NCBI GenBank assembly: GCA_964469605.1
Contig: CAYXZA010000001.1
Location: 6,899 to 70,898 of the forward strand
Length of the DNA stretch: 64,000 nucleotides
Direction of reading: 5' to 3'
Source: an uncultured Candidatus Saccharibacteria bacterium
Lineage (GTDB): Bacteria; Patescibacteriota; Minisyncoccia; Phycocordibacterales; DATDWN01
The position numbers and the translations under genes were made by a program. Below the pieces are notes generated by a model that worked only from the letters and a program-made list of their open reading frames with translations, had not been told where the DNA came from and ran no database searches. Shown in pieces: positions 1-10,418 of the stretch (positions are counted from its first letter, which is position 1; every line of letters begins with the position of its first letter).

Positions 1-56
1 ACCAAAAAGGTGGTTTTTTGCAATGAAAGCTTAATTCTTTCAAATAATACTAAGTA

Positions 57-3000
57 TTATTTTGATAGAACTTCAGCTGACATATTTGAAGCAGGAAGAC
101 CAACTACGCCATAACCATTTGTCCAATCATTAGATGCATAAACTGATGTAGATGTAGCATTTGGTGACCAGATAAAGTCGTTATTTGAATCGTTGTTGAT
201 TGAAAGTCCATTACCCATAAATCCTGAAAGTGAAGGATAAGCCGCATCACCTTGAACTTGAGTTTGAACAGATGCTCCTGTAGCAGAACCAGATACAGTA
301 CCAACTACATCAAAGTATCTTACTGCACCAGCTGGGACTTGAACTGTTGTTGTAGCACCAGCAGATGTTTGAGCAAAGACTTCTAGATCTGTTGAAGATG
401 AAGCCCAAGCTGTTCCAGCAAGGTTTGATGCAAGCATAGAACCATCAGAAGTCAATCCAGAAACTGGAGTTGAGAATGATGAATCTGTGTATGATCTTAT
501 GTTAATACCTGTAACTGTAGCAGTTGTTGTAGCAACTCTAACTGTAAACTTGTAGATACCTACATCACCAGCAGTTGAAGCAGTCACTTTAAATCTTAGA
601 AGTGATTGTTCACCGTTGTTTAGTGTGTTTGTAGGAACTGAAAGTTTTGTAAATGTAGGGTATGATTTGAACAATCTTACACCTGACACTGCTGTTGAAG
701 CAGATGAGTTTGAAGTTGCTAGGTTGATTGTAGAACCTGAATCAGTTCCTGTTCCTTCTGTTCCTGTTGTATCAGAACCGTTTATATCAACTGCAATCAA
801 GTGACCTTGAACTCCTGGTTGTGAAGTTCCAATAGCAGCAAAGTCAGCCTTGATTGTAAGCACTTTGTCTGTATCTTTTGGAAGAGAAACAGGTGTTGCA
901 AATGTAGTTGTAGCAACTGTATTTGAACCAGTAAATACTACTGAACCAACTTGTGTAGATCCATCCCAAACTGTGACTTGTATCAAGTCAGAAGCAGAAG
1001 ATGAAGCTGAGTTAGTCAATTTCAAACCTAATTTGTTTAGATTTATACCTTCGTTATAAGCTCTGAATTTGTATACACCTAGAACATTTCCAGTTGTATT
1101 TGCAGCAGCTATAGAATATGAAGGACTTGAAGCATCAGTTGTAACTACCAAGTAACCATTTCCAACTGTTTGTGTTTGACCAGCTGAAGCTGAAACAGAT
1201 TCAGTAACATCGTTAGATGAAGTGATACCTGTTACAGATATTGAAGGTGAAGCTTGAATACCCCAAGCATATGTTGCTGAAGTTGTAGCTGTTGAAGAAA
1301 TATTACATTTTAGTTTAACAGTCTTAACTGTTCCTTTTGGAATTGTTAGTGACTGATCTAGTGTAAATGTAACATCACCAGCTGAAGTTTGAGCAGCTGT
1401 TGGGTTAACAACATTTGAACCTGTGTTCAAAGCTGATGTTCCATCAAACAACTGACAAGAATTCAATAGATTTGCAGCACTTCCTGAGTATGTCAGTTTA
1501 AGTGGAATTGAAGCAAATCTAACATCTTCACCAGATTGTGAAGCATCAAATTGATAATTTGCAAACTCTCTAGCTGAACCACCAGCAACTATTGTTTGAG
1601 CAGCTGGAGTTGTAGCAACTGAGATAGCAAGTGAAGCAGCCTTTACAGTCATAGTATTCATTGAGAATACACCATTTCCTGAAAGACTGATTGTGTTTCC
1701 TGTTGTTTGACCAGTTATGTTTGACCAATCAGATGAAGGTGTTGTAGATGCTGTAAGAGTCGTATTGTTTGAAACACCTGAAGGTATTTTACCTTTTAGA
1801 GTATATGTTTTCACTCCAACTGGGAATGTTACAGTATCTGTGAATGTTACTTTTTGAGCAACACCACCAACATTAGTTGCATCAACTGGACCAGCAACAA
1901 CTGCACCATTTGAATCAACAAGTGATACATTTGTTAGAAGGTATGAAGAAGCAGCTACACCTGAACTGTAGTTAAAGTAATAAACCATACTTTGAACTGA
2001 TATAGGTTCACCTTTTATATCTGCATTGAATCCACCAAGAACTTGGTTAGGAACATTAACAGCTATATTTTGAGCAGCAACAGTGTTAGCTTTCTGTATT
2101 GTTGTAACAGAACCAGCTGAAACTGTAACTTTTGAACCATCAAACCAAGGTGTTGAAGCTGTGAACTCAGAAGTTGAATCTGAAGCAGTTCCTGCACCAG
2201 CTGGAGGAGTTATACCGTAACCGTAAGTTTCTCCAGATAGATATAGATCTGTTGTCTTGTAGATATCAAACTTGATTGTTCTTCCAGCAGCACCTGTTCC
2301 AACGATATCACCTTGGATATAGATGTCTTTTGAAGCACCTTTATCTATTGAAATACCGCTTCCTAGGTTAGCTGAATAGTATTTACCATCAGCAGAAACA
2401 GTTGTTGGGTAAGAAGTTCCATCAATATAGACTACAACATTTGCTAAGTCATTTGATGAAGCTGAACCAGATTGATTCCATCTTATAGATTGAACCTTAA
2501 CTTTTTCTACTGAACCAGCTGTAACACGAACACCAGCAAATTTATATCCTGTTGTTCCAATTTCTTTTGTTTGAGAAGTATTTGGATCAAATGAAGATAT
2601 GTTCATTGTAACTGAACCAAGTGAAAGTGTTCCGTTGATTGTGTGCATAGCACCCATTATTGGAAGAGAACCTCCAACTGTTGCTGAAGTGTTAACTGCA
2701 ACAACATTTAAACCAGCAACTTGACCTGCATAAGTTGAAAGTGATGAGGCCATATTACCAGCAATTGTAACAACTTTTGAAGTTCCAGCCTTAACAACGA
2801 AAGGTTCACCTACCATTGCTCTGTGATCTGAATTCAAAGTCTTTGCTATACCAATTTGTGTTCCATCAGAATTCAATAGAACAACACCACCAAACACAGC
2901 ATCTTGTGCAAGACCTGTTCTCTCTACTGTAATAGAGTTAACAGTTACATCTGCAGAACCAGCTGTAAGTGTAAGTGTAGTAAATGGAACTCTAGATGCT

Positions 3001-3467
3001 CCTTGTGGTGCTAAACCATTTGCAGGTTGAGAACTAGCAGAAACTGTAAGTGCACCTCCTGTTGGAGTTGAACTTCCACCATTTCCGTTGTCTGTTGTAG
3101 AACCACCTGAACACATTGAGTTAAGTTTAGCTCTTGTTATAGAACCAACAAAACCAGCAACTGGAGAGATTCCGTATTTTGATTGGAATTTCATAACAGC
3201 AGCTTTTGTAGCTTGTCCAAAGTAAGTTGTTTCATTACCCATTGAACCAGCTCCTGTTGAAGCAATTTGTGTATCAGCAGACATGTTAAGAGTCTTTTGA
3301 AGATTCATAACATCTGTTCCTCTGCTACCAACAGTTAGATTTCTACTGAAAGTGTAGCATTGTGATGTTTGTGCATCTGCTGTAACCGGAGTCACAACAA
3401 AAGACAATACCATCGCAACACCAACAAAAGCAGCAGATACCTGTGCTAATATCGATTTTTTATTCAT
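57..3467 (-). CDS. Large secreted Ser/Thr/Gly-rich cell-surface protein with an N-terminal signal peptide and a peptidoglycan-binding-like domain
   Basis: The N-terminus MNKKSILAQVSAAFVGVAMVLSFVVTPVTADA looks like a signal peptide. It is followed by a KAAVMKFQSKYGISPVAGFVGSITRAKL motif of the PG_binding_1 type. The remaining ~1000 aa are low-complexity T/S/G/V/A-rich sequence predicted to be beta-rich. Confidence 0.55.
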   Translation of the reverse strand: MNKKSILAQVSAAFVGVAMVLSFVVTPVTADAQTSQCYTFSRNLTVGSRGTDVMNLQKTLNMSADTQIASTGAGSMGNETTYFGQATKAAVMKFQSKYGISPVAGFVGSITRAKLNSMCSGGSTTDNGNGGSSTPTGGALTVSASSQPANGLAPQGASRVPFTTLTLTAGSADVTVNSITVERTGLAQDAVFGGVVLLNSDGTQIGIAKTLNSDHRAMVGEPFVVKAGTSKVVTIAGNMASSLSTYAGQVAGLNVVAVNTSATVGGSLPIMGAMHTINGTLSLGSVTMNISSFDPNTSQTKEIGTTGYKFAGVRVTAGSVEKVKVQSIRWNQSGSASSNDLANVVVYIDGTSYPTTVSADGKYYSANLGSGISIDKGASKDIYIQGDIVGTGAAGRTIKFDIYKTTDLYLSGETYGYGITPPAGAGTASDSTSEFTASTPWFDGSKVTVSAGSVTTIQKANTVAAQNIAVNVPNQVLGGFNADIKGEPISVQSMVYYFNYSSGVAASSYLLTNVSLVDSNGAVVAGPVDATNVGGVAQKVTFTDTVTFPVGVKTYTLKGKIPSGVSNNTTLTASTTPSSDWSNITGQTTGNTISLSGNGVFSMNTMTVKAASLAISVATTPAAQTIVAGGSAREFANYQFDASQSGEDVRFASIPLKLTYSGSAANLLNSCQLFDGTSALNTGSNVVNPTAAQTSAGDVTFTLDQSLTIPKGTVKTVKLKCNISSTATTSATYAWGIQASPSISVTGITSSNDVTESVSASAGQTQTVGNGYLVVTTDASSPSYSIAAANTTGNVLGVYKFRAYNEGINLNKLGLKLTNSASSSASDLIQVTVWDGSTQVGSVVFTGSNTVATTTFATPVSLPKDTDKVLTIKADFAAIGTSQPGVQGHLIAVDINGSDTTGTEGTGTDSGSTINLATSNSSASTAVSGVRLFKSYPTFTKLSVPTNTLNNGEQSLLRFKVTASTAGDVGIYKFTVRVATTTATVTGINIRSYTDSSFSTPVSGLTSDGSMLASNLAGTAWASSSTDLEVFAQTSAGATTTVQVPAGAVRYFDVVGTVSGSATGASVQTQVQGDAAYPSLSGFMGNGLSINNDSNNDFIWSPNATSTSVYASNDWTNGYGVVGLPASNMSAEVLSK

Positions 3468-3999
3468 ATATATATGTAATACACATTTTCCATCCTCAAT
3501 TACTTTTAAAATTTTTGAATCAAGAAAAAGTGTTAACTGATAAATTAATTAATTAATAACCTTTTAATTTTGAATAAAATCTTTTTCGTAAAATTTTATC
3601 CGTCACTAAATCTTTTACTTGCTTTATGAAAAATCATAAACCGACCAAATAAAAGTTAGCTAGTATTTTTAGACCGAATTCAACATTAACAACCAAATAT
3701 AGAAAAAATCATTCAGAAATTTCATCTCATTTTATTGAGATTTTAACTCTCTATTTGATTGTCAAAGTTCAATCAAAAATCTGTATTTTAAGAAAACTGT
3801 TTTACTTATTTTTATACAAATAAATACAACTTTCTTGACACTTATTATATATGCAAAACAAAAGATGCACAAAAAAATGTCTGTGGATAAATGGGCTTAA
3901 AATAAGGACTTTCGCCTTTTAAAAACCCATTTACACCACATATATAGTATCTCAAAAAAATGGCAAAAAGTCAATAAATAACGGTTTTCTGTGCAAACC

Positions 4000-4839
4000 T
4001 TAACTTTTAATCAAAGAGTATCTACTCCACCTCCTTTCGCCTGTCTTTTTAACCAGACCCCTGTCTATTAGATTTATAAGCTCCCTTTGTATAGTTTTTT
4101 CACTACAGTCCTTTATAATCTGGCTTATAGTTCCTATTGTAATATTGTCATTTTTAGCCAAAATAGAGATTATAGAATTTTGTCTGTTAGACTTCTTTGT
4201 CACATCATTTACCACATTGTTTACAGTATTTTTGTCTTTTAAACTATATTGGACATTTGATGTTTTTATAAAAGACTTTTCAGAATTAACCATTTCGACA
4301 GCCTTGTTTTCGTGAATATCAAAAAAGTTTTTTTCAAATCCAAATTTTACAGAAGAAACATCTTTCTTTTCAAAAGAACTTGCAAAATGAATTAGGTTTA
4401 GAAACTCATCTTTTAGTATTCTAAAATTCATATCTGATACTAGACCTGAAAAGTTAGCGATCTCTAAAAGAGAAACTATTTCCAAAATATTATTTTTCAA
4501 AAGATTTAAAAATTCTTGTTCTCTAAATTTTAAAACATCTTTGAAACTTAAAATAAAAGACAGTAAACTTGAAACTTTGGATCTGAGAGTCCATTTCATA
4601 GGTTCAGAATCTCCGAAAAGATTTGTAACCATATAAAGTGCCGTTGCTAATTTTTCTGTCTTTTTATAAATAAAGATAAAAGACTTATCATCACCAAAAA
4701 AATCTATACTTTTGGCTGTATTTTGTATGTCTTTTACGGTTTGTCCCTGAATATTATTTGACTGTCCTTGTTGATTTTGGTTTATGTCCATTTTAGTCTT
4801 TAAGACTTTTAGATATGTCTTTTTCAAAAAGATTTTCAC
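4000..4839 (-). CDS. Hypothetical protein with a C-terminal winged-helix/HTH-like DNA-binding segment (putative regulator)
   Basis: The C-terminus (...ISQIIKDCSEKTIQRELINLIDRGLVKKTGERRWSRYSLI) resembles DeoR/winged-helix HTH regulators. It lies next to a long AT-rich upstream intergenic region (3468-3999). Confidence 0.35.
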   Translation of the reverse strand: MKIFLKKTYLKVLKTKMDINQNQQGQSNNIQGQTVKDIQNTAKSIDFFGDDKSFIFIYKKTEKLATALYMVTNLFGDSEPMKWTLRSKVSSLLSFILSFKDVLKFREQEFLNLLKNNILEIVSLLEIANFSGLVSDMNFRILKDEFLNLIHFASSFEKKDVSSVKFGFEKNFFDIHENKAVEMVNSEKSFIKTSNVQYSLKDKNTVNNVVNDVTKKSNRQNSIISILAKNDNITIGTISQIIKDCSEKTIQRELINLIDRGLVKKTGERRWSRYSLIKS

Positions 4840-4928
4840 TAAAAGACTTATTTGATTGATACATTGTCCATTATAGATAAATCACATATTTTTAGCAAGA
4901 TTTTTATAAAAAATGTTATGATATTTAT

Positions 4929-7133
4929 ATGGCAAAAATTAAAAAAGAACAAAAGAAAAAAAAGTTAGATGACGAATTTGAAGAAAAAGAATCCTACTTA
5001 AAAACAGAAACCACACAAGGTATTTTAGCTATATTGTTTTTTGTTTTGGGAATATTTTTTATATTAAGCGGTTTCCAAAAATCCGGCAAAGTTGGGTTGA
5101 TAGTTTTTAAGATTTTTGAAAAACTTTTTGGATACGGTTTCTGGCTTATACCGCTTATATTTATACTTCTTAGTGCTTCATTTTTTAATTCTTTAAAAAA
5201 GAAGTTGGCTCTAACTCACAGTATAGGTGGGTTACTATTTTTTGTATCAACTTTATCTATATTAAATATATTTACAGAAAAAATGTCTGGACTTGGTAAA
5301 GGTGGTTTTATTGGTGGATTTATATCTACCCCACTAACCTCTCTTTTTGACATATATGCTTCTGTTATCATACTTTTATCATTTATTGTTATTTCTATTT
5401 TGATAATGTTTGATATACCTCTGAAAATCAGCTTCCAAAATATTTTCTTTAAAAAAGAAGATTCTCTAAAAACAATTGACGAAGATAAAGAGATAATACT
5501 AAATCCAGAGACCAAAAAAGCACTAGAAGAATCCAAAGAAAATAAAGAGATTAAAACTGAAAAACCAAAAGAAGTTAAAGAAAAACAAACATCAGATTTT
5601 GAACCACTACTCGGTAGAGTTACTTTAGCTGGAAAAGAATTTATTCCTCCTCCACTTAATCTTTTAGAGAAAGACAAGGGGAAACCAGAAGTTGGTGACA
5701 TAAAAGCAAATTCAAATATTATAAAAAGAACTTTGGCTAATTTTGGTATAAATGTAGAAATGGATGAAGTTTCAATAGGACCATCTATAACAAGATATGC
5801 ATTGAAACCAGCCGAGGGTGTAAAACTATCAAAAATAGTCTCTCTTCAAAATGATATTTCTCTGGCTTTGGCAGCACATCCTATCAGAATAGAAGCTCCT
5901 ATACCTGGAAAATCTCTTGTTGGTATAGAGATACCAAACAGTAGTAAAACAAAAGTTAGATTAGGATCACTTCTTTCTAACCCAGAATTTCAAGAGTCTG
6001 ACAAACCTCTATTTTTCTGTCTAGGTAAAGGTATTTCAGGTCACTCGTATTTTGCAAACTTGGCAAAAGCACCACATATGCTCATAGCAGGTTCAACTGG
6101 TTCTGGAAAATCTGTAACTATACATGCAGTTATAACATCACTTCTTTATAGAAATTCACCAGACAATTTAAAATTTATTATGGTTGATCCAAAAAGAGTA
6201 GAATTGACCTTGTATAACAAAATACCTCATCTCCTTACACCAGTCATAACCGATGCAAAAAAGACAATAATGGCACTTAAATGGGCTGCAAAGGAAATGG
6301 ATAGAAGATATGACATACTTCAAGCAAATTCACTTCAAAATATTTCTTCGTATCACGAAAAAATAGTTGAACCAGCTATCAAAAAAGCAAAATCCGATAA
6401 AAATGCAAAAATGGATGGTATTGAAACTATGCCTTATATAGTCATTGTTATAGATGAACTGGCAGATATTATGCAGGCATACCCTAGAGAACTTGAATCT
6501 GGAATTGTTAGACTAGCACAAATGTCCAGAGCCGTAGGAATACACCTTATACTTTCAACTCAAAGACCAAGTGTTAATGTTATTACAGGTCTTATAAAAG
6601 CAAACATACCTTCAAGAATCGCTCTTCAAGTTGCCTCTCAAATAGACTCAAGAACAATACTTGATATGTCCGGAGCGGAAAAACTTCTTGGTGCCGGAGA
6701 TATGCTCTATCTATCAGGAGAAATGTCTCAACCTCAAAGAATTCAATCTGCATACCTATCAGAAGATGAACTTAAATCTGTTGTAAACTATCTTGCATCA
6801 AACTATCAAAACGAACTACCAGAATCAATAGACCTCTCACCAAATTCAAACATCAACACAGAAAATAATCCCATCTTTTCATCCGATGTAACATCTGATG
6901 AAAATGAGGAAGATGATGATCTTTACGAAGAAGCTAGAATGACAGTTATACAAGCTGGAAAAGCATCTACATCGTTTTTACAAAGAAAACTTGGTATAGG
7001 ATATGCAAGAGCAGCTAGACTTATAGATATTTTGGAAGAAAGATCTGTTATAGGCCCAGGGTCAGGTGCAAAACCAAGAGATGTGCTTATAAAACCAGAG
7101 GATAATATAGGTCAACAAACAGAAACAGCATGA
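4929..7133 (+). CDS. ftsK: DNA translocase FtsK/SpoIIIE
   Basis: Has N-terminal transmembrane segments, a Walker A motif (GSTGSGKSV) and a Walker B motif (IVIDELADIM). The C-terminus carries a gamma/winged-helix domain (SFLQRKLGIGYARAARLIDILEE). Confidence 0.9.
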   Translation: MAKIKKEQKKKKLDDEFEEKESYLKTETTQGILAILFFVLGIFFILSGFQKSGKVGLIVFKIFEKLFGYGFWLIPLIFILLSASFFNSLKKKLALTHSIGGLLFFVSTLSILNIFTEKMSGLGKGGFIGGFISTPLTSLFDIYASVIILLSFIVISILIMFDIPLKISFQNIFFKKEDSLKTIDEDKEIILNPETKKALEESKENKEIKTEKPKEVKEKQTSDFEPLLGRVTLAGKEFIPPPLNLLEKDKGKPEVGDIKANSNIIKRTLANFGINVEMDEVSIGPSITRYALKPAEGVKLSKIVSLQNDISLALAAHPIRIEAPIPGKSLVGIEIPNSSKTKVRLGSLLSNPEFQESDKPLFFCLGKGISGHSYFANLAKAPHMLIAGSTGSGKSVTIHAVITSLLYRNSPDNLKFIMVDPKRVELTLYNKIPHLLTPVITDAKKTIMALKWAAKEMDRRYDILQANSLQNISSYHEKIVEPAIKKAKSDKNAKMDGIETMPYIVIVIDELADIMQAYPRELESGIVRLAQMSRAVGIHLILSTQRPSVNVITGLIKANIPSRIALQVASQIDSRTILDMSGAEKLLGAGDMLYLSGEMSQPQRIQSAYLSEDELKSVVNYLASNYQNELPESIDLSPNSNINTENNPIFSSDVTSDENEEDDDLYEEARMTVIQAGKASTSFLQRKLGIGYARAARLIDILEERSVIGPGSGAKPRDVLIKPEDNIGQQTETA

Positions 7134-7486
7134 AAGAATTTATAGTAAAAAACATAAATAAAATACTAATAACTCTTTTTCTTTTGTTTATATTTTCTTA
7201 TGGAATAATAGAATCAAAAGCCCTAATACAAGGCCCCCAGATTACAATAAACTCACCTTTATACGGAGAAACATATAAAAACTCAGGGGTAGTTATAAAA
7301 GGTCTAGCCAAAAATATAAGTAAAATATCTTTAAATGATAGAAATATCTTTTTAGATAAAAATGGCAACTTTATAGAAAAATTGCTGATGTCACCTGGTT
7401 ATAATATAATCAATATCAAAGCAGAAGATAGGTTTGGAAAACAAATTTCTAAAAAAATAGAAGTAACCTGTTTGTGCGATAATTAA
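7130..7486 (+). CDS. Small membrane-anchored hypothetical protein
   Basis: The start overlaps the ftsK stop, which suggests translational coupling. There is one N-terminal hydrophobic segment. Confidence 0.4.
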   Translation: MKEFIVKNINKILITLFLLFIFSYGIIESKALIQGPQITINSPLYGETYKNSGVVIKGLAKNISKISLNDRNIFLDKNGNFIEKLLMSPGYNIINIKAEDRFGKQISKKIEVTCLCDN

Positions 7487-7492
7487 AATAAT

Positions 7493-8569
7493 ATGAAAAA
7501 GACAAAAAAAGAAAGTAAGCCAGTAAAAAATACAAGTAGGATAGAAGATGCATTAAAAGAGATAAAAAGTCGTTTTGGTGATGATGCCATAATGACACTC
7601 GGAGAAAAACCAAAAGTCAACATAGATGCAATACCAACAGGATCAGTTGGACTTGATGCAGCACTTGGAGTATATGGAATGCCAAGAGGTAGAATAGTTG
7701 AAATATTTGGACCAGAATCAAGTGGAAAAACTACCCTATCCCTTCATGTTATAGCCGAAGCTCAAAAAAAAGATGGTATATGTGCTTTTATAGATGCTGA
7801 GCATGCCCTAGATCCTGAATATGCTAAAAGGATTGGAGTTAATATAGAAGAACTTTTAATATCTCAACCCGACAATGGCGAACAAGCACTTGAAATAGTT
7901 GATTCACTTGTCAGATCTGGAAAAATAGATGTTATTGTTGTTGACTCCGTAGCAGCACTTACACCAAGAGATGAAATAGAGGGAGATATGGGAGCGATGC
8001 ATGTAGGAAAACAAGCAAGACTTATGTCTCAAGCTCTTAGAAAACTGACAGCAATAGTTGCAAAATCAAAAACAGTTGTTATCTTTCTAAACCAAATCAG
8101 AATGCAAATCGGAGTAATGTTTGGAAATCCAGAGACAACACCAGGAGGAAAAGCTTTAAAATTTTACACATCTGTTAGGATAGACATAAGGAGGATTGCT
8201 CAGATCAAAAAAGGAGAAGATGTGATGGGTGGAAGAGTTAGGGTTAAAGTTGTAAAAAACAAAGTAGCAGCTCCATTTAAGCAAACAGAGTTTGATCTTA
8301 TGTATAACGAAGGTATATCCAAAGAAGGAGAAATAATCGCACTTGGTGAAAAAATGAAAATTATTGAAAAATCTGGATCAAGTTATAGTTATGGAGAATT
8401 AAAGCTCGGTAGAGGTTACGATTCCACAAGACAATTTTTGAAAGAAAATAAAAACATTTCAGATGAAATCTTGAAAAAAATAAAAGAAAAATTAGATGAA
8501 AATGGTGGTTCAATATCCCCTGTCTCTGAAAAAGAAGTTGAGGATAAAGAAGAAGCACCAGAGGAATAA
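7493..8569 (+). CDS. recA: Recombinase RecA
   Basis: GPESSGKTT Walker A, the FIDAEHALD motif, and the L2 loop region are all present. Overall collinearity with RecA proteins. Confidence 0.95.
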   Translation: MKKTKKESKPVKNTSRIEDALKEIKSRFGDDAIMTLGEKPKVNIDAIPTGSVGLDAALGVYGMPRGRIVEIFGPESSGKTTLSLHVIAEAQKKDGICAFIDAEHALDPEYAKRIGVNIEELLISQPDNGEQALEIVDSLVRSGKIDVIVVDSVAALTPRDEIEGDMGAMHVGKQARLMSQALRKLTAIVAKSKTVVIFLNQIRMQIGVMFGNPETTPGGKALKFYTSVRIDIRRIAQIKKGEDVMGGRVRVKVVKNKVAAPFKQTEFDLMYNEGISKEGEIIALGEKMKIIEKSGSSYSYGELKLGRGYDSTRQFLKENKNISDEILKKIKEKLDENGGSISPVSEKEVEDKEEAPEE

Positions 8570-8580
8570 AAAACGAAAAA

Positions 8581-8700
8581 GCCGCGGGTTTTAATCCGCG
8601 GCTAAAACTAGGACCATCGGCGGTATTCCCGCCAAAACGTCCTTGATTTTTCCATCCGGCGAGCTCGCCGGAATGCTTCCTCGCCTTCAGCGAGAAAGCT
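8581..8700. other. GC-rich multi-hairpin element (copy 1 of 2) downstream of recA; possible structured ncRNA or compound terminator
   Basis: Four hairpins in a row: gccgcgg/ccgcggc; ggcgg/ccgcc; the palindrome ccggcgagctcgccgg; tcgc/gcga. The linker aaaacgtccttgat is shared with the element at 41400-41605. Confidence 0.3.
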
Positions 8701-8826
8701 AAGAATTTTGATGAACAAATTCATATTACAATTATATCAAATTAAATACAAAATGTCAATGGTATGTTTTTAACAATATACTATATAATTTTTCGGTATT
8801 ATAATTAGATTTAATATATATAAACT

Positions 8827-9402
8827 ATGCTTGAATATAACGAAATAACAGAAAGAAAATACATCATATACGAAGGTCAACCTTTTGAGGTCTTATCTTC
8901 TCATGTATTTAGAAAACAACAGAGAAAACCTGTAAATGCAACAAAACTTAAAAACCTAATAACAGGTAAAGTCACAGAAGTTTCTTTTCATCAATCAGAA
9001 AAAGTGCAGGAAGCTGAGATAAATAAAAAGGATGTAAAATACCTTTACAACAACAAAGGTGAATATTGGTTCTGCGAAGTAAATGATCCTAGCAAAAGAT
9101 TTTCAATGAAAGAAGATTCTATGGAAAGTGGTATTAAGTTTATAAAAGCAAACTCAGTTATAACAATACTACTATTTGATGAAAAAATAATCGGAGTAAA
9201 ACTTCCTATCAAAGTTGATCTAAAAGTTACAGAAGCACACGAAGCTGTTAGAGGAAATACAGCCCAGGGTGCAACAAAACAAGTTGTGCTAGAAACAGGA
9301 GTGACAATAAATGTCCCTATGTTTATAAAAGAAGGAGAAATAATAAGAGTCAACACCGAAGATGGGCAGTATGTTGAGAGAGCAATGGGAAATAGTTATT
9401 AA
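8827..9402 (+). CDS. efp: Elongation factor P
   Basis: N-terminal KOW-like segment ...FRKQQRKPVNATKLKNLITGKV... followed by two OB-like domains. Length 191 aa, typical of EF-P. Confidence 0.8.
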   Translation: MLEYNEITERKYIIYEGQPFEVLSSHVFRKQQRKPVNATKLKNLITGKVTEVSFHQSEKVQEAEINKKDVKYLYNNKGEYWFCEVNDPSKRFSMKEDSMESGIKFIKANSVITILLFDEKIIGVKLPIKVDLKVTEAHEAVRGNTAQGATKQVVLETGVTINVPMFIKEGEIIRVNTEDGQYVERAMGNSY

Positions 9403-9455
9403 AAAACACAAAAAGGAAAATATATACAGAGCAGTTTAAGATATATTCCGTAAAA

Positions 9456-9546
9456 GCATAGTATTTAGAGACTTGCGAGCGCGACTGGCACGAGCACGAG
9501 GAATTTTTCAGTAGAAAAATATCCGTGCTCTAAATATTATGCTTTT
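9456..9546. repeat. Nested long hairpin downstream of efp
   Basis: The arms aaaagcatagtatttagag / ctctaaatattatgctttt pair over 18 of 19 positions. They enclose an inner gagcacg/cgtgctc hairpin. The 5' arm motif taaaagcat..tatttagag recurs at 49586. Confidence 0.35.
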
Positions 9547-9573
9547 ATAAGGCAAATACGAGTAGTTTTTTAT

Positions 9574-9725
9574 TTTCAAACGAAGCGAGCGAAATAAGAA
9601 AGTATTCTTTCTTATTTCCGAGTGCAGTGTAGAAAACAAAATATTCCACAGCTTGCTACGGAGATAAACCGTGAGCGAAGCGAACACCCTTTGGGTCCAT
9701 GGCTCTGCCCTGGGGTTTAACACCT
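9574..9725 (+). repeat. Intergenic repeat family 1, copy A (5' module with a 12 bp hairpin plus a 3' ...ggggtttaacacc module)
   Basis: Contains ttttcaaacgaagcgagcgaaataagaaagtattctttcttatttccgag ... gtgagcgaagcgaacaccctttgggtccatggctctgccctggggtttaacacc. Other copies are at 41605, 46734 and 44701 (reverse strand). Confidence 0.5.
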
Positions 9726-9742
9726 TTTATTTTTAAACTTAT

Positions 9743-9940
9743 CTATCTTATTGTATAAGGAATAAGTCCCATAAATCTTGCTCTTTTTACAGCCAAAGCA
9801 AGTTTTCTTTGATTTAAAGCAGTAACACCAGTTCTTTTTCTAGCAATCATTCTTCCGTGTGGGTTTAAGAACTTCTTTAAAAGATCTATGTCTTTAAAAT
9901 CTATGTGATTTATATTATTTTGTGAAAAGTAACATTTCAT
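9743..9940 (-). CDS. rpsR: 30S ribosomal protein S18
   Basis: ARKRTGVTALNQRKLALAVKRARFMGLIPY matches the S18 signature. Sits in a conserved rpsF-ssb-rpsR arrangement. Confidence 0.85.
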   Translation of the reverse strand: MKCYFSQNNINHIDFKDIDLLKKFLNPHGRMIARKRTGVTALNQRKLALAVKRARFMGLIPYTIR

Positions 9941-9961
9941 AATTTATTTTTATTGATTTTA

Positions 9962-10411
9962 TTAAAATGGTATATCTTCTGGATTTATATCTTCTTCTGG
10001 ATATTCTATTGTATCCATTTTTGAATCAGGAGCAGAAGAATCTCCAGAAGTCTTTGATTCATTGGCAAATGAAGAGCCACCCTCTTTTCTTGGGCCAAGC
10101 TGTATTCTATCAGCAACAACCTCTGTTCTATAATTTTTCTTTCCAGAAGCATCGTCCCAGCTCCTTGTTTGCATTCTACCTTCAACTAAAACTGAACTTC
10201 CTTTTTTTAGATATTGAGAAACAATATCAGCTTGTTTTCCAAAAACTACTATATTATGATAATCAACTGATTCTTGTTTAACACCATTTTTATCTTTCCA
10301 AACTCTGTTTGTTGCCACTGAAAATGAAGAAACTTTTATACCTGACGGTAAAGACTTAGCCTCTGGATCTTTTGTTAAATTACCTATTAAAATAGCTTTA
10401 TTTAAATACAT
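9962..10411 (-). CDS. ssb: Single-stranded DNA-binding protein
   Basis: OB-fold core, a Gly/Ser-rich linker, and an acidic C-terminal tail ending DIPF. Confidence 0.9.
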   Translation of the reverse strand: MYLNKAILIGNLTKDPEAKSLPSGIKVSSFSVATNRVWKDKNGVKQESVDYHNIVVFGKQADIVSQYLKKGSSVLVEGRMQTRSWDDASGKKNYRTEVVADRIQLGPRKEGGSSFANESKTSGDSSAPDSKMDTIEYPEEDINPEDIPF

Positions 10412-10418
10412 ATTTTTA

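Noticed and set aside
104-1059. Small ORFs antisense to or inside the large surface-protein gene (104-304, 616-804, 850-1059)
   Set aside because: They are embedded in a long, well-supported CDS on the opposite strand. Low-complexity sequence is prone to such ORFs.
3468-3999. Long AT-rich intergenic region as a possible ncRNA or origin
   Set aside because: No DnaA-box clusters, conserved hairpins or repeats were recognisable. It is most likely just a promoter region for the surface-protein gene.
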